IMG/VR virus record: IMGVR_UViG_3300046495_000010
Coordinates: 1-39,653 of that record
DNA from: a virus
Taxonomy: Duplodnaviria > Caudoviricetes
Reading direction: 5' to 3' (one strand)
Length of the DNA stretch: 39,653 nucleotides
Part shown: positions 27,098 through 35,261 of the stretch, one piece after another
Layout: each line of letters starts with the position of its first letter
Numbering within the stretch: the stretch's first letter is position 1
Position numbers and translations under genes: made by a program
The notes under the pieces: model-generated
Told to the model about the DNA's origin: nothing
Databases searched by the model: none
The model's input: only the letters and a program-made list of their open reading frames with translations

Positions 27098-27393
27098 CTG
27101 GAAAAGTGGCCCCACTGTCACTGACACGCAACCCGATCATGGTCAAAGAGCACCGGATCATCAAGGTCCCCGCCGAACTGATGCGCCCCGGCTACATCAT
27201 CCTTGAGGGCGTCGTCTACGGCGTACGACCCGTCAACCACGGGTTCATGCTGGACGTGGTCAACTCCACCGTGTTCGCCCGCGAAGGCGAGACCGTGCAG
27301 GTCTACGCCCAGATCGAACAGGACATGGCCAAGGCCATCGCCGAGACCATCGACGAGGACGCGGCGGCGTACAAGAGGAGCGTGAGGGCATGA
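27094..27393 (+). CDS. Hypothetical protein
   Basis: GAGGAGG RBS; ATGA overlaps. Confidence 0.7.
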   Translation: MTGKVAPLSLTRNPIMVKEHRIIKVPAELMRPGYIILEGVVYGVRPVNHGFMLDVVNSTVFAREGETVQVYAQIEQDMAKAIAETIDEDAAAYKRSVRA

Positions 27394-27818
27394 GCATGGG
27401 CGGTGCGGCGTTCGGGATCAAAGCCCCGATCTGCCCACGCTGCCTCGGGTACATCCCGGGCAACGAAAACCCCGGAGAGTACCCCGGCGCCACGTCCCGC
27501 CTCACACGCGGACGCGACGACGACCCAGTCGAAATCTGCTCCGAGTGCGGACGCGACGAGGCCATGGGCAACGGCATGGTCCCCCAGTCCGCGTGGCCCA
27601 TCAAGACCGCCACCTCCCCGTCGGCCAACGCCGTCATGCCAGTCGACAGCAAGCACCGGAACGCCGGGTACAACACCGAGGGTCAGTGGGCTGACCCTGA
27701 CGGCGCCGGGGCGCAGATACAGGCCGACCTGAACAACCAGTTGTCGACCGCCAGCGACCGGCTGGGCCGGATGCTGACCCAGCACAGTGAGTCCGACATC
27801 GACGGGAGGACCCCATGA
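27390..27818 (+). CDS. Zn-finger protein, paralog A2
   Basis: Same motif set as 26189-26578. Confidence 0.8.
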   Translation: MSMGGAAFGIKAPICPRCLGYIPGNENPGEYPGATSRLTRGRDDDPVEICSECGRDEAMGNGMVPQSAWPIKTATSPSANAVMPVDSKHRNAGYNTEGQWADPDGAGAQIQADLNNQLSTASDRLGRMLTQHSESDIDGRTP

Positions 27819-28063
27819 CCCAACCTGAGGTGCTCCGGCACGCCATCAACGTCGTCGCCCAGCAGGCCATCTACGCCGCCACCCGAGAGGACGTCGGGAC
27901 GGGCGTCGAGTGGGGCATGTACCCCGAGATCGGCGAGGACGACTGGAAACGCGTGCTACGTCAGATCGACCGGGCCACCCCCCCACCCACGCGCGGGGAG
28001 TACGACGCCGCCTACGAACTGCTCACCTCCCGCGCCGACCCGACAGCAGAGCCCAACCCATGA
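27815..28063 (+). CDS. Hypothetical protein
   Basis: GGAGG RBS; WGMYPEIGEDDW motif. Confidence 0.7.
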   Translation: MTQPEVLRHAINVVAQQAIYAATREDVGTGVEWGMYPEIGEDDWKRVLRQIDRATPPPTRGEYDAAYELLTSRADPTAEPNP

Positions 28064-28410
28064 GCACCGTCAAGATCCTGCGCGTCGACGTCGACGCCAC
28101 CACCGAGGTCCTACACGTGCAGAACAACCTCGACGGCCTCAAAGCCGCGATCGGCGGCGGCTGGCTAGAGCCCATCGCCGCCACCGACGGGCTGCGCGGG
28201 TGGACCGCCTACCTTGACGAGGAGGGCAAGATCAAGGGCATGGGCGTCAACGTGGCAGCCACCTACCTCGCCCGGTCCATGGGCTGGGCCAGCGCCGACG
28301 TCCTGTGCGGGCCGGTGATCTTCCTCGGCCCCGTCGACCACGAGGGCGACGAGACCGACGTGGCCAACATCGTCCTGACCGCAGCACGAGCCCAAGGGAT
28401 ACTGCCATGA
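28060..28410 (+). CDS. DUF3846-like protein
   Basis: L..L..AIGGGWLE...YLDEEGK..G..VN..AT...D.LCGPVIFLG..D.EG signature. Confidence 0.8.
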   Translation: MSTVKILRVDVDATTEVLHVQNNLDGLKAAIGGGWLEPIAATDGLRGWTAYLDEEGKIKGMGVNVAATYLARSMGWASADVLCGPVIFLGPVDHEGDETDVANIVLTAARAQGILP

Positions 28411-28619
28411 GCATCATCGACCCACGCAACGTGGTCCTGACCGAGACCATCAACTTCCGTCTCGACGCCGAGACCCGCGACGCGATCGACAAGTGGGCCG
28501 GGCAGGAGAACCGGAAACGCTCTGACATGGCCCGGGTCCTGATCGAGGAAGCCCTCGCCGCCAGAGCCAAACGCGCGATACGCCGCGTCCAGCACGATGG
28601 GGCGCCCGCTGAAACGTAG
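28407..28619 (+). CDS. Ribbon-helix-helix (CopG-like) DNA-binding protein
   Basis: TINFRLD.E...IDKWA..ENRKRSDMARVLIEEAL. Confidence 0.85.
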   Translation: MSIIDPRNVVLTETINFRLDAETRDAIDKWAGQENRKRSDMARVLIEEALAARAKRAIRRVQHDGAPAET

Positions 28620-28667
28620 ACTCCACCTCACGTGGGGGGTGAGCGACCCGCCGCCGGAGGAGGAGAC

Positions 28668-28814
28668 ATGGCTGGCGACGGGCTCAACCCCTGTCCTGAA
28701 TGTGCCCAAGGCAAGTGCGCGAACTGCATCGGGGAGACGTGGGACCCGCAGGCTGACGACGTCGTGGACGTGTGCCCGTGTGCGGAGGCAACACCTCACG
28801 AGGTGGCCCGGTGA
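28668..28814 (+). CDS. Small Cys-rich protein
   Basis: GGAGGAG RBS; CPECAQGKCANC...CPC. Confidence 0.7.
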   Translation: MAGDGLNPCPECAQGKCANCIGETWDPQADDVVDVCPCAEATPHEVAR

Positions 28815-29113
28815 ACCTGTTTCGCGGTAAGGACCACGACACGGCGCCGATGGCCTGCCCGGCGTGCTGGTACAGGGTCGACGCGGCGACCGGGATCACC
28901 AGCGACGAAGCCCCCGAGGACGGCAGCGTGTCCATCTGTCTGGCGTGCGGGGCGATAAGTGTCTACTGCAACGGGGCCAGCGCCCTGCGCCCGCCCACGG
29001 TCGAGGAACGCGGGGAGTTGATGGGCGACCCCGACATCCAGAAGGCTGTGCTGGGGGTCCTGAACGCCAAGGACCACTCCCCCGACTGGCCCAAGGGCGG
29101 CAGGCTTCGGTGA
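28811..29113 (+). CDS. Zn-ribbon protein
   Basis: CPAC...DAATG...PEDG.VSICLACG...LRPPT.EE. Confidence 0.7.
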   Translation: MNLFRGKDHDTAPMACPACWYRVDAATGITSDEAPEDGSVSICLACGAISVYCNGASALRPPTVEERGELMGDPDIQKAVLGVLNAKDHSPDWPKGGRLR

Positions 29114-29523
29114 GCCTGCGTCTGTGGCATGGTGGGGTTCCCGGTCTGGGAGTCGGGGACCTGATCGTGCCCGGCCATCAGCGCAAGCCGGTGGCCGGGT
29201 GCGCGTTCTGTGAGGCTCGCGCGGCGCAGGCTGCCGGTGGCCTGCCTCCGGCAGTGGACCCCCTGTCCCGGGTCCACGACCGGGTGTACCTGTCCGCAGA
29301 CCGGGAGTACGCCCGGCACTACGCGTCCCTGTACGGGTATGGCGACCTGTACCGGGTAGAGCCGCTCGGGGACGTACAGCGTTCGACTGAGGACTCCTTT
29401 GAGACCTACCTCGCCGCCCAAGCCCGGGTGCTCGCCGTGTACGCCCGGGCTGTGCTGCTCACGGCCTCCCAGCGCCGGGCGCTGGACCGGGCGTGGGCTG
29501 CCGCCGACGCGGCCCGCCGATGA
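29110..29523 (+). CDS. Arr-like ADP-ribosyltransferase-fold protein
   Basis: LWHGG...L.VGDLIVPG / RVYLSAD...A..YA / GDLYRVEPLG parallels Arr FYHGT..L..GDL..G / VYFT / IYIVEPTG. Confidence 0.7.
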   Translation: MSLRLWHGGVPGLGVGDLIVPGHQRKPVAGCAFCEARAAQAAGGLPPAVDPLSRVHDRVYLSADREYARHYASLYGYGDLYRVEPLGDVQRSTEDSFETYLAAQARVLAVYARAVLLTASQRRALDRAWAAADAARR

Positions 29524-29963
29524 GCCTTGATGACGTCGCGTTCTACGCGCTGCTGGCCGGGTTCTGCGTGGCCACATGGCGCAAGGACCAACGCTGGCGT
29601 GACGGGTGGTGGTGCGCCTTCGGGATACTGCTCATCGTCATCACCCGGTTCCTGTTCGACCCGCACTACTCCGACGGCATCGGGCAGCGGCTCCTGTCCC
29701 TGACCGGCGGCCTGTTGTGGCTGGGCATCGTCATCGCCCGCTACCCCCGCTCAGGAATCCCCTGCTGGCATTACGGGCACGTCTGGGCGACGACCGTGGT
29801 CACTGCGGGCGGGCACGCGATCTTCTCCACCGAAAACGCCGACCCTGAGACCGAACGGCAACTCGCAGCCCGGTTCGCTGACGTCCCGCACGCGCAGGTC
29901 AGCAGCCAGTGCGCGGTGTGCAGGCGGCCACGACCTGACGGCGAGCCTCCCCCGGGGTCCTGA
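29520..29963 (+). CDS. Three-TM membrane protein with C-terminal C...GH.W...CxxC
   Basis: ATGA overlap; three hydrophobic segments. Confidence 0.7.
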   Translation: MSLDDVAFYALLAGFCVATWRKDQRWRDGWWCAFGILLIVITRFLFDPHYSDGIGQRLLSLTGGLLWLGIVIARYPRSGIPCWHYGHVWATTVVTAGGHAIFSTENADPETERQLAARFADVPHAQVSSQCAVCRRPRPDGEPPPGS

Positions 29964-29985
29964 GTGCCCGTAGCAGGCTGGGCCA

Positions 29986-30255
29986 GTGGAGCCCCTGTGG
30001 TGCGTATGCGCCGATCAGATGGACCTATTCGCGGAGGACCTGATGGAGCCAGCCCATACCCCGACACACTGCACCGGGACCACGACGGTCAACGGGGTCG
30101 AGGTCGAGTTCGACTACGTGGGGTGTTCGGTGTGCCGTATCGACCATCCCATCATCGGTCCCGGGATCGCTCAGCCGTGGGAGCGGGCGCACCCGGTGCC
30201 GCTGCCGTCGACGGCCACACAGACCGTTCCCGACGGCAGGGAGATGCGTCTCTAG
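29986..30255 (+). CDS. Cys-rich hypothetical protein (start uncertain)
   Basis: WCVC...HC...CSVC. Confidence 0.55.
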   Translation: MEPLWCVCADQMDLFAEDLMEPAHTPTHCTGTTTVNGVEVEFDYVGCSVCRIDHPIIGPGIAQPWERAHPVPLPSTATQTVPDGREMRL

Positions 30256-30274
30256 CGGGTAGGGCGAAACTCCG

Positions 30275-30306
30275 TTCTGGTGTCAACACGGAGTTGACAC
30301 CCAGAA
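30275..30306. repeat. Inverted repeat with TGTCAAC-N5-GTTGACA core
   Basis: TTCTGGTGTCAAC / GTTGACACCCAGAA (one bulge), directly upstream of cassette repeat 1. Confidence 0.75.
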
Positions 30307-30307
30307 G

Positions 30308-30352
30308 GTGCTTACCGAGTTAGCAAATGTGTTACACTTGAAGTGGAGGGGA
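30308..30352 (+). promoter_or_regulatory. Cassette repeat 1 (palindrome plus extended -10)
   Basis: GTGCTTACCGAGTTAGCAAATGTGTTACACTTGAAGTGGAGGGGA. Confidence 0.85.
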
Positions 30353-30397
30353 TGGGGTAGCCACCCGAGATCCCCCCGGCAAGTGGAGGTGACAGAC

Positions 30398-30577
30398 ATG
30401 AGGCTCTACGAGTTCGACGCAGTCCTCGGTCTGCGACGCGTCCTGCCCCCTGTGTTCCAGCAGGGCGGATGGGGCCGCGCAGTCGTGGAGCCACCGGCCA
30501 AACCAGCGGTGGTCGTTCAGTTCCCCAAGGGTCCGGTGTTCACGCCCCGGCCAGCGTTCGTCGCAAGGGGGCTGTGA
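30398..30577 (+). CDS. Hypothetical protein
   Basis: GGAGGTGA RBS before ATG 30398. Confidence 0.65.
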   Translation: MRLYEFDAVLGLRRVLPPVFQQGGWGRAVVEPPAKPAVVVQFPKGPVFTPRPAFVARGL

Positions 30578-30873
30578 TGTGCGACCACGAAGGCCGAGAG
30601 TGCCCGGGGCGTTCCTGCGAGTGCGTGTGCATGAACTGCCTGCCGTACGACGAGAACGGCAACTGGGTCAGTTCCGTCAACTTCACCTTCCCGCTGCGTA
30701 ACGGACGACACCGCACCACGCAGGCCGAGAACCGCAGGACCGGCGAGATGCTCGGCTCCTACGACTACGAGCACAAAGAGGGATGGACCTCTGACGGCGC
30801 CAACTTCACCGGCCCCGGCGCAGAGTTCGCGTGGGTCGCAGCCGTGAACAAACTAGCCAAGGGAGGCAAGTGA
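30577..30873 (+). CDS. Hypothetical protein with Cys-rich N-terminus
   Basis: TGATG coupling; CDH...C...CECVCMNC. Confidence 0.65.
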   Translation: MCDHEGRECPGRSCECVCMNCLPYDENGNWVSSVNFTFPLRNGRHRTTQAENRRTGEMLGSYDYEHKEGWTSDGANFTGPGAEFAWVAAVNKLAKGGK

Positions 30874-31301
30874 TGGCCGTGTGGCGTGAAGTGACCGACC
30901 CCGAGCAGATCCGCGCCAGCGAGGCACGGCGAGTGGCCGCAAGGGGCGGGGTCAAACTCAGCCCCCGCGATCGGCTCGCCATGTACCGCACCGGCCACCT
31001 GTACGGGATCAAGGCCGAGGACCTGTCCGACGAGATCCCGCTGACACCCGGGACACTGGTCGTGCTCACCAAGAGTTCAGGGGCCGAGGGTCAGCCCGGC
31101 ACGATCGTGGAGGTCGAGGGCGACGAGGGCGACCCGTGCTTGGTCGCCGTGGAGTACCTCGTGGCGTTCGGTAGCAACGGGCCTCTCGTGGGCCATCCTC
31201 CCCTCTGGTTCCGCGACAAGGACGTCAAGGCCCAGCCTGCCAGTTCGCCCGGTGAGCGTGAGGACCCCCCGGGCTCTACCCTGACGGGAGTGCAGACATG
31301 A
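30873..31301 (+). CDS. Hypothetical protein with SH3-like C-terminal half
   Basis: TGATG coupling; PGTLVVL...GQPGTIVEV...VAVEY...WF...DV. Confidence 0.65.
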   Translation: MAVWREVTDPEQIRASEARRVAARGGVKLSPRDRLAMYRTGHLYGIKAEDLSDEIPLTPGTLVVLTKSSGAEGQPGTIVEVEGDEGDPCLVAVEYLVAFGSNGPLVGHPPLWFRDKDVKAQPASSPGEREDPPGSTLTGVQT

Positions 31302-31540
31302 TCGCCCCCGAGGAAATCAGGGCCATGGTGACTCGCAGGGACTACAACGCCATCGCGGCGACGTTCGCCGATGAGATCGCACTGCTGGATCTGCTGCCGA
31401 ACGCGGACGCTGAGCGGGGCGTGGTGTGGCGTCTGGCCCGGCGGCTGGCGCTGGTGCTCAAGGCTGACAACCCGAAGTTCGATACGGCCCGGTTCTTGAA
31501 GGCGTGCGGGTTGCCCAAGGCGTTCGTGCCCGGCGAGTAA
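31298..31540 (+). CDS. Small phage protein with DNPxFDxxRFLxAC motif
   Basis: TRRDY.AIA...LA..L..DNPKFD..RFLKACG, a motif recurrent in phage early regions. Confidence 0.75.
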   Translation: MIAPEEIRAMVTRRDYNAIAATFADEIALLDLLPNADAERGVVWRLARRLALVLKADNPKFDTARFLKACGLPKAFVPGE

Positions 31541-31542
31541 AG

Positions 31543-31593
31543 GTGTAAACCCGGTTAGCAACCGTGGTACACTTGAAGTAGCGAGAGAGGTGA
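31543..31593 (+). promoter_or_regulatory. Cassette repeat 2
   Basis: GTGTAAACCCGGTTAGCAACCGTGGTACACTTGAAGTAGCGAGAGAGGTGA. Confidence 0.9.
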
Positions 31594-31598
31594 GAGAC

Positions 31599-31868
31599 AT
31601 GGCGATGACCAAGGCCCAGATCCGGGCATGGCTGCTCGACTACGCATGGCTCGACGAGCCCGAAGCGGCCAAAGCCGCCAACGTCGACTGCATCATGGCC
31701 CAAGAGGACTACGAGTTCGTCGACGTCGTGGCCGACCAGTTCGCCGGAGCACAGGAAACCGGCGGCGGCCCGGCAGAGTTCGCCGCAGGCATGGAGTTCG
31801 CCCTGAGCGCCCTCTACGAGTGCCACGAAGGGCCACACCTGCCCACCTGCCCACGGAACGAGGAGTAG
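31599..31868 (+). CDS. Acidic hypothetical protein
   Basis: RBS supplied by repeat 2; ends CHEGPHLPTCP. Confidence 0.7.
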   Translation: MAMTKAQIRAWLLDYAWLDEPEAAKAANVDCIMAQEDYEFVDVVADQFAGAQETGGGPAEFAAGMEFALSALYECHEGPHLPTCPRNEE

Positions 31869-31870
31869 CG

Positions 31871-32257
31871 ATGACGCGCGAGGCGTACGACCCAAACGGG
31901 CTCCGCAGAGTACCCCCAGTGGCCGAGGCCCTTGAGGAGGCGTACGACGCGCTGGACGTCGCGCACATAGCCGCCAACCGCGACCTACGCCCCGAACAGC
32001 GCCAAGCCCTGAACGCCGCCCTCGCTGCCGCACGGGCAGCGTTGGAGGTCCCGCTGCTGCCCGGGGACGAGGAGCACAAGAGGTGCATCAGCGAGTTCGG
32101 CCCCCACCAGTTCCACGGGCAGCAGCCGGAAAGCGGCTACCGCAACTGCGACGAACTGATCGACGCCATGGGCCAAGGCCCAGAGGACCCGGACGCGCCG
32201 GACCCCGACTACGGCACACCCCACTACCCGAAGCCCGACATCTGGGAGGGACCATGA
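31871..32257 (+). CDS. Hypothetical protein
   Basis: GAGGAG RBS; ATGA overlap with the next gene. Confidence 0.65.
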   Translation: MTREAYDPNGLRRVPPVAEALEEAYDALDVAHIAANRDLRPEQRQALNAALAAARAALEVPLLPGDEEHKRCISEFGPHQFHGQQPESGYRNCDELIDAMGQGPEDPDAPDPDYGTPHYPKPDIWEGP

Positions 32258-32535
32258 CCACGTTCAACCTGAGTATCGACATGGACAACGCCGCGTTCGA
32301 CGGTGACGCGGTGACCGAGGTTCAGCGCATCCTGCGGGATCTCATCACGAACAGGCTGCCCCTGTTCCCACAACGGGGCGGCGGTCGTCTAGGCCGGAGC
32401 GTCGGCCCCCTGCATGACATCAACGGCAACACCGTCGGCACGTGGGAGGTCGTCGACGACGAGCCCGACGAGGCTGAGGAGCGCGAGATCCGCGAGCACC
32501 TCGGCTACGAACTGCCGAGAGAGGAAACGGTATGA
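32254..32535 (+). CDS. Small phage protein with NAAF...DxNGNxVG motif
   Basis: F.L.I..DNAAF...EV.RILR...DINGNTVG.W, a recurrent phage early-region family. Confidence 0.75.
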   Translation: MTTFNLSIDMDNAAFDGDAVTEVQRILRDLITNRLPLFPQRGGGRLGRSVGPLHDINGNTVGTWEVVDDEPDEAEEREIREHLGYELPREETV

Positions 32536-32690
32536 GCGTCGACGATCTGGCTCAGCCGAGCCCGGCTGAGGATCTGGACTACGTGGCGTGGATGGACGCA
32601 CAGGACCACGTCCTGCCGTGCGGGTGCATGGCGTCGGCCCCGGAGCATCACTGCGAGGACCCGGTCCCTGACGACGACGGTGCCCCGTGA
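32532..32690 (+). CDS. 52-aa acidic Cys/His peptide
   Basis: ATGA/GTGA overlaps; LPCGC...HHC. Confidence 0.6.
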   Translation: MSVDDLAQPSPAEDLDYVAWMDAQDHVLPCGCMASAPEHHCEDPVPDDDGAP

Positions 32691-32773
32691 ACTGGGCGCT
32701 GGCGATCTCGCTGGTCAGCCTCGGGTTCGTGATCGGGATGCTGACCGCTGACCTGATGGCGCGGCGGCGATGA
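32687..32773 (+). CDS. 28-aa single-TM peptide
   Basis: VNWALAISLVSLGFVIGMLTADLMARRR; coupled at both ends. Confidence 0.55.
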   Translation: MNWALAISLVSLGFVIGMLTADLMARRR

Positions 32774-33051
32774 GGCCCCCGACCCAGTCCAACGCCATGG
32801 TCACCGTGAGTTTCGGGTTCACCTGCGGCTGCACCCAGCGGCCCAGCGCGCCCGTGCGGGCGATCGAGGCGTACTCGCTGCCCGGGGCCGTCATCATCTG
32901 CGAGCGCCATCAGGAGTACGCGGTGTGCAACCGGGTCACCACCCGGCTGGTCCACGACCCGGAGGTGCTGCGGCGGCTGCTGGCTGAGGCGGGCGTCGAC
33001 GAGGACGACACGTGGACGGTGCCGCTGACCCCTGACGGATTCCCCGATTGA
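32770..33051 (+). CDS. Hypothetical Zn-binding protein
   Basis: FTCGC...ICERH. Confidence 0.65.
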   Translation: MRPPTQSNAMVTVSFGFTCGCTQRPSAPVRAIEAYSLPGAVIICERHQEYAVCNRVTTRLVHDPEVLRRLLAEAGVDEDDTWTVPLTPDGFPD

Positions 33052-33106
33052 GTGCTAACCCGGTAACCAAACGTGTTACACTTGAGGTGGAGGGGGAGAG
33101 AGGGTG
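33052..33106 (+). promoter_or_regulatory. Cassette repeat 3
   Basis: GTGCTAACCCGGTAACCAAACGTGTTACACTTGAGGTGGAGGGGGAGAGAGGGTG. Confidence 0.9.
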
Positions 33107-33229
33107 ATGGAGATGACCGCACTGATGCTGGCACTGGTGCTGGCGCTGGCTGGTTACGCTGCCGGGCGAGTCGAGCAGCGACAGGTCGCCTACGCGTGGG
33201 CGCAGGCACGAGGAGAGGAACAGCGATGA
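33107..33229 (+). CDS. 40-aa membrane-anchored peptide
   Basis: MEMTALMLALVLALAGYAAGR...; RBS supplied by repeat 3. Confidence 0.6.
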   Translation: MEMTALMLALVLALAGYAAGRVEQRQVAYAWAQARGEEQR

Positions 33230-33636
33230 CCGAGGTGTTCACACTGCCCAAGCCGGAGTTCAAGACACCCGGCCTCGACTACAACGGCAAGCCCGCCCGA
33301 ACCCGCAAGGTCCACTACCCCGTGGGTCCGGTCACCAAGACCGACAAGGGCACCGAGCAGCGTGTCGTGCAGGTCTGGGTCGGGCACACCACCGACCGCA
33401 AAGAGTTCTACGCCCGAGCCAACCGGGTCGTCGTCGCCAACGAGGCGCCGTTCTGGGCGGTCGAGAGGTCCATGCTGTTCAACGGTGTCACCCTGATGCG
33501 CCAGCCGGTGGCCCGGTACAGCGTCAAGGCGCTGGAAGCGTTCACCGCCAAGGTGGTCGAACTGTTTGAGGCGCAGGTCGCCGTGACTCCCGTCCTGCGG
33601 GCGATGTTCAACGAGGACGAGGGCGAGTGGGCATGA
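33226..33636 (+). CDS. Hypothetical protein
   Basis: GAGGA RBS; C-terminal VARYS.KAL motif. Confidence 0.7.
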   Translation: MTEVFTLPKPEFKTPGLDYNGKPARTRKVHYPVGPVTKTDKGTEQRVVQVWVGHTTDRKEFYARANRVVVANEAPFWAVERSMLFNGVTLMRQPVARYSVKALEAFTAKVVELFEAQVAVTPVLRAMFNEDEGEWA

Positions 33637-33839
33637 GCCTGATTGAGGAGCGCAACGCGTGGCGGTGGATCGACTGGTCCGTGAAGGACCATGTCGACGA
33701 GGCTGAGCGGCTCGCCCGCCAGTATGCGGAGGAAGCGCACACGGCAGAGGTCCGGGCGGAGTTGCTCGCGCTGGTCCAGATCCACGCGACGCTGGCCCAG
33801 ACCAAGGCCCAACTACGCCAGACCGAGAGGGGCTACTGA
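33633..33839 (+). CDS. Helical small protein, paralog B1
   Basis: HVDEAERL...ELLALVQIHATLAQTKA. Confidence 0.75.
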   Translation: MSLIEERNAWRWIDWSVKDHVDEAERLARQYAEEAHTAEVRAELLALVQIHATLAQTKAQLRQTERGY

Positions 33840-34045
33840 TGAGCGATCGAGTTGAGGTCGCCGCGCTGCCGATGTGCGACGTGCACACGTACCTCAAGGG
33901 CAAGGACGACGTCCCAGCCGCCTACGACGGCAAGACCACGTCCGGCCCGTGGGCCAACATGTGTCAGGAGTGCTTTGACGAACTGGGCGTCGGGCTCGGG
34001 ACAGGACTCGGCCAGCGGTTGGTCGTGCGGGGAGAGGGAGCATGA
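33839..34045 (+). CDS. Small Cys-containing phage protein
   Basis: CD...YDGKT..GPWANMC..CF...G.GLGTGLGQ, a recurrent phage family. Confidence 0.8.
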   Translation: MSDRVEVAALPMCDVHTYLKGKDDVPAAYDGKTTSGPWANMCQECFDELGVGLGTGLGQRLVVRGEGA

Positions 34046-34239
34046 GCACGTACAAGATCATCCGGTTCCATCAGGACGGCCCCGACGAGACGGTCACCCA
34101 TGGGCTGACGTTGGAGGCGGCGCAGGCGCACTGCCGACGTGAGGACACCCATGGGGAGGGCTGGTTCGACGGCTATGAGGAGGAGCCCCCGGCTGGGGCG
34201 CCTCTTGATGGGCAGAACCGCTCTGGTGCCCTTGAGTGA
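34042..34239 (+). CDS. Small phage protein
   Basis: YKIIRF...GLTLEAAQAHC...WFDGY motif. Confidence 0.8.
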   Translation: MSTYKIIRFHQDGPDETVTHGLTLEAAQAHCRREDTHGEGWFDGYEEEPPAGAPLDGQNRSGALE

Positions 34240-34243
34240 CCGG

Positions 34244-34294
34244 GTGCTAACCACGTTAGCGAACGTGGTACACTTGAAGTAGAGGGAGAGGTGA
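34244..34294 (+). promoter_or_regulatory. Cassette repeat 4
   Basis: GTGCTAACCACGTTAGCGAACGTGGTACACTTGAAGTAGAGGGAGAGGTGA. Confidence 0.9.
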
Positions 34295-34299
34295 GCAAG

Positions 34300-34635
34300 A
34301 TGACAACCACCACCGAGTTCCGTGAGTGCGACACCGCCGAACTGCTCGCACAGATCGGTCGCATGAACATCTTTTCGATCAGCGGCGGGCGCGTGGAGCG
34401 CCGCGAGACCGGCGTGACCTTGCCGGTCGGGTCCGGGTACTCCGTGACCGTCGACCTGAACTGGGACGACACCTACGTCGTTCGCAGGATGTTCAAGCGC
34501 GGCGCCAAGGTCTGGGTCAAGGGCGAGGCCACCAACGTCTACGCCGAGGAAGTCGGCGAGACCGCCTACCGCGCGTCGTGTTTCCGCAACGGCCCGTGGG
34601 GCGACGGCGTCGACGGCTACTGGACAGGGAAGTGA
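34300..34635 (+). CDS. Hypothetical actinophage protein
   Basis: QIG..N...ISGGRV...GV.LPV..GY.V.V.L..DDTY.V.R. Confidence 0.75.
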   Translation: MTTTTEFRECDTAELLAQIGRMNIFSISGGRVERRETGVTLPVGSGYSVTVDLNWDDTYVVRRMFKRGAKVWVKGEATNVYAEEVGETAYRASCFRNGPWGDGVDGYWTGK

Positions 34636-34637
34636 GC

Positions 34638-35189
34638 ATGAGCGCACTGAACGTGGCTGAGGTCGTCAAAGAGAGTCTGTGGCACCTTGACGCCGAACTG
34701 GAAAAAGAGGGCTGGGACGCCCCGCCCCGGCTGCTGATGATGCTGCCCACGACCGTGGAGGACGTCGGGCTGGCGATCCAGATAAAGCCCCTGACCGGCT
34801 GGGACGTGGTCGTCCCCATGGCCAACAGCGCCCAGCGGGCGCTGGGCGCGATGGTCCACGTCTACGCCGAGATGCCCACCGAACTGCTGCGCGGCGGCAT
34901 CCCCGAAAACCTGTTCGCGCTCGCGTTCGTGTCTGAGTCGTGGATGCTGAAGGTCGACTACAAGGACGAGGGAGCCGCCGCGTCGGCGCTGAAGGCCGGG
35001 CGGGAGCACAAGATCAACGAGGACCCGCGCAGGGTCGAGGCCCGGGTGATCTACCTGCAACCGGTCGGCGGGCCGAGCGCGATGCTCATGCACGAGCGCG
35101 ACGGTGTGGTGGAGTTGCAGGAGGGCGACACCGCCGGTGGTGAGATCCCCCGGTTGCTGGCAGAGTTGGTCACAGCCCTGACACGCTAA
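34638..35189 (+). CDS. Hypothetical protein
   Basis: GWDAPPRL...SESWM...DPRRVEAR; its stop TAA lies inside repeat 5. Confidence 0.7.
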   Translation: MSALNVAEVVKESLWHLDAELEKEGWDAPPRLLMMLPTTVEDVGLAIQIKPLTGWDVVVPMANSAQRALGAMVHVYAEMPTELLRGGIPENLFALAFVSESWMLKVDYKDEGAAASALKAGREHKINEDPRRVEARVIYLQPVGGPSAMLMHERDGVVELQEGDTAGGEIPRLLAELVTALTR

Positions 35190-35231
35190 CCGGGTTAACA
35201 CAAGGTGCTACAATAGAGGTAGAGGGCAGGG
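35183..35231 (+). promoter_or_regulatory. Cassette repeat 5
   Basis: ACGCTAACCGGGTTAACACAAGGTGCTACAATAGAGGTAGAGGGCAGG. Confidence 0.85.
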
Positions 35232-35261
35232 GCAAGCGACCCGGCCCGGGAGGGAAACAGA

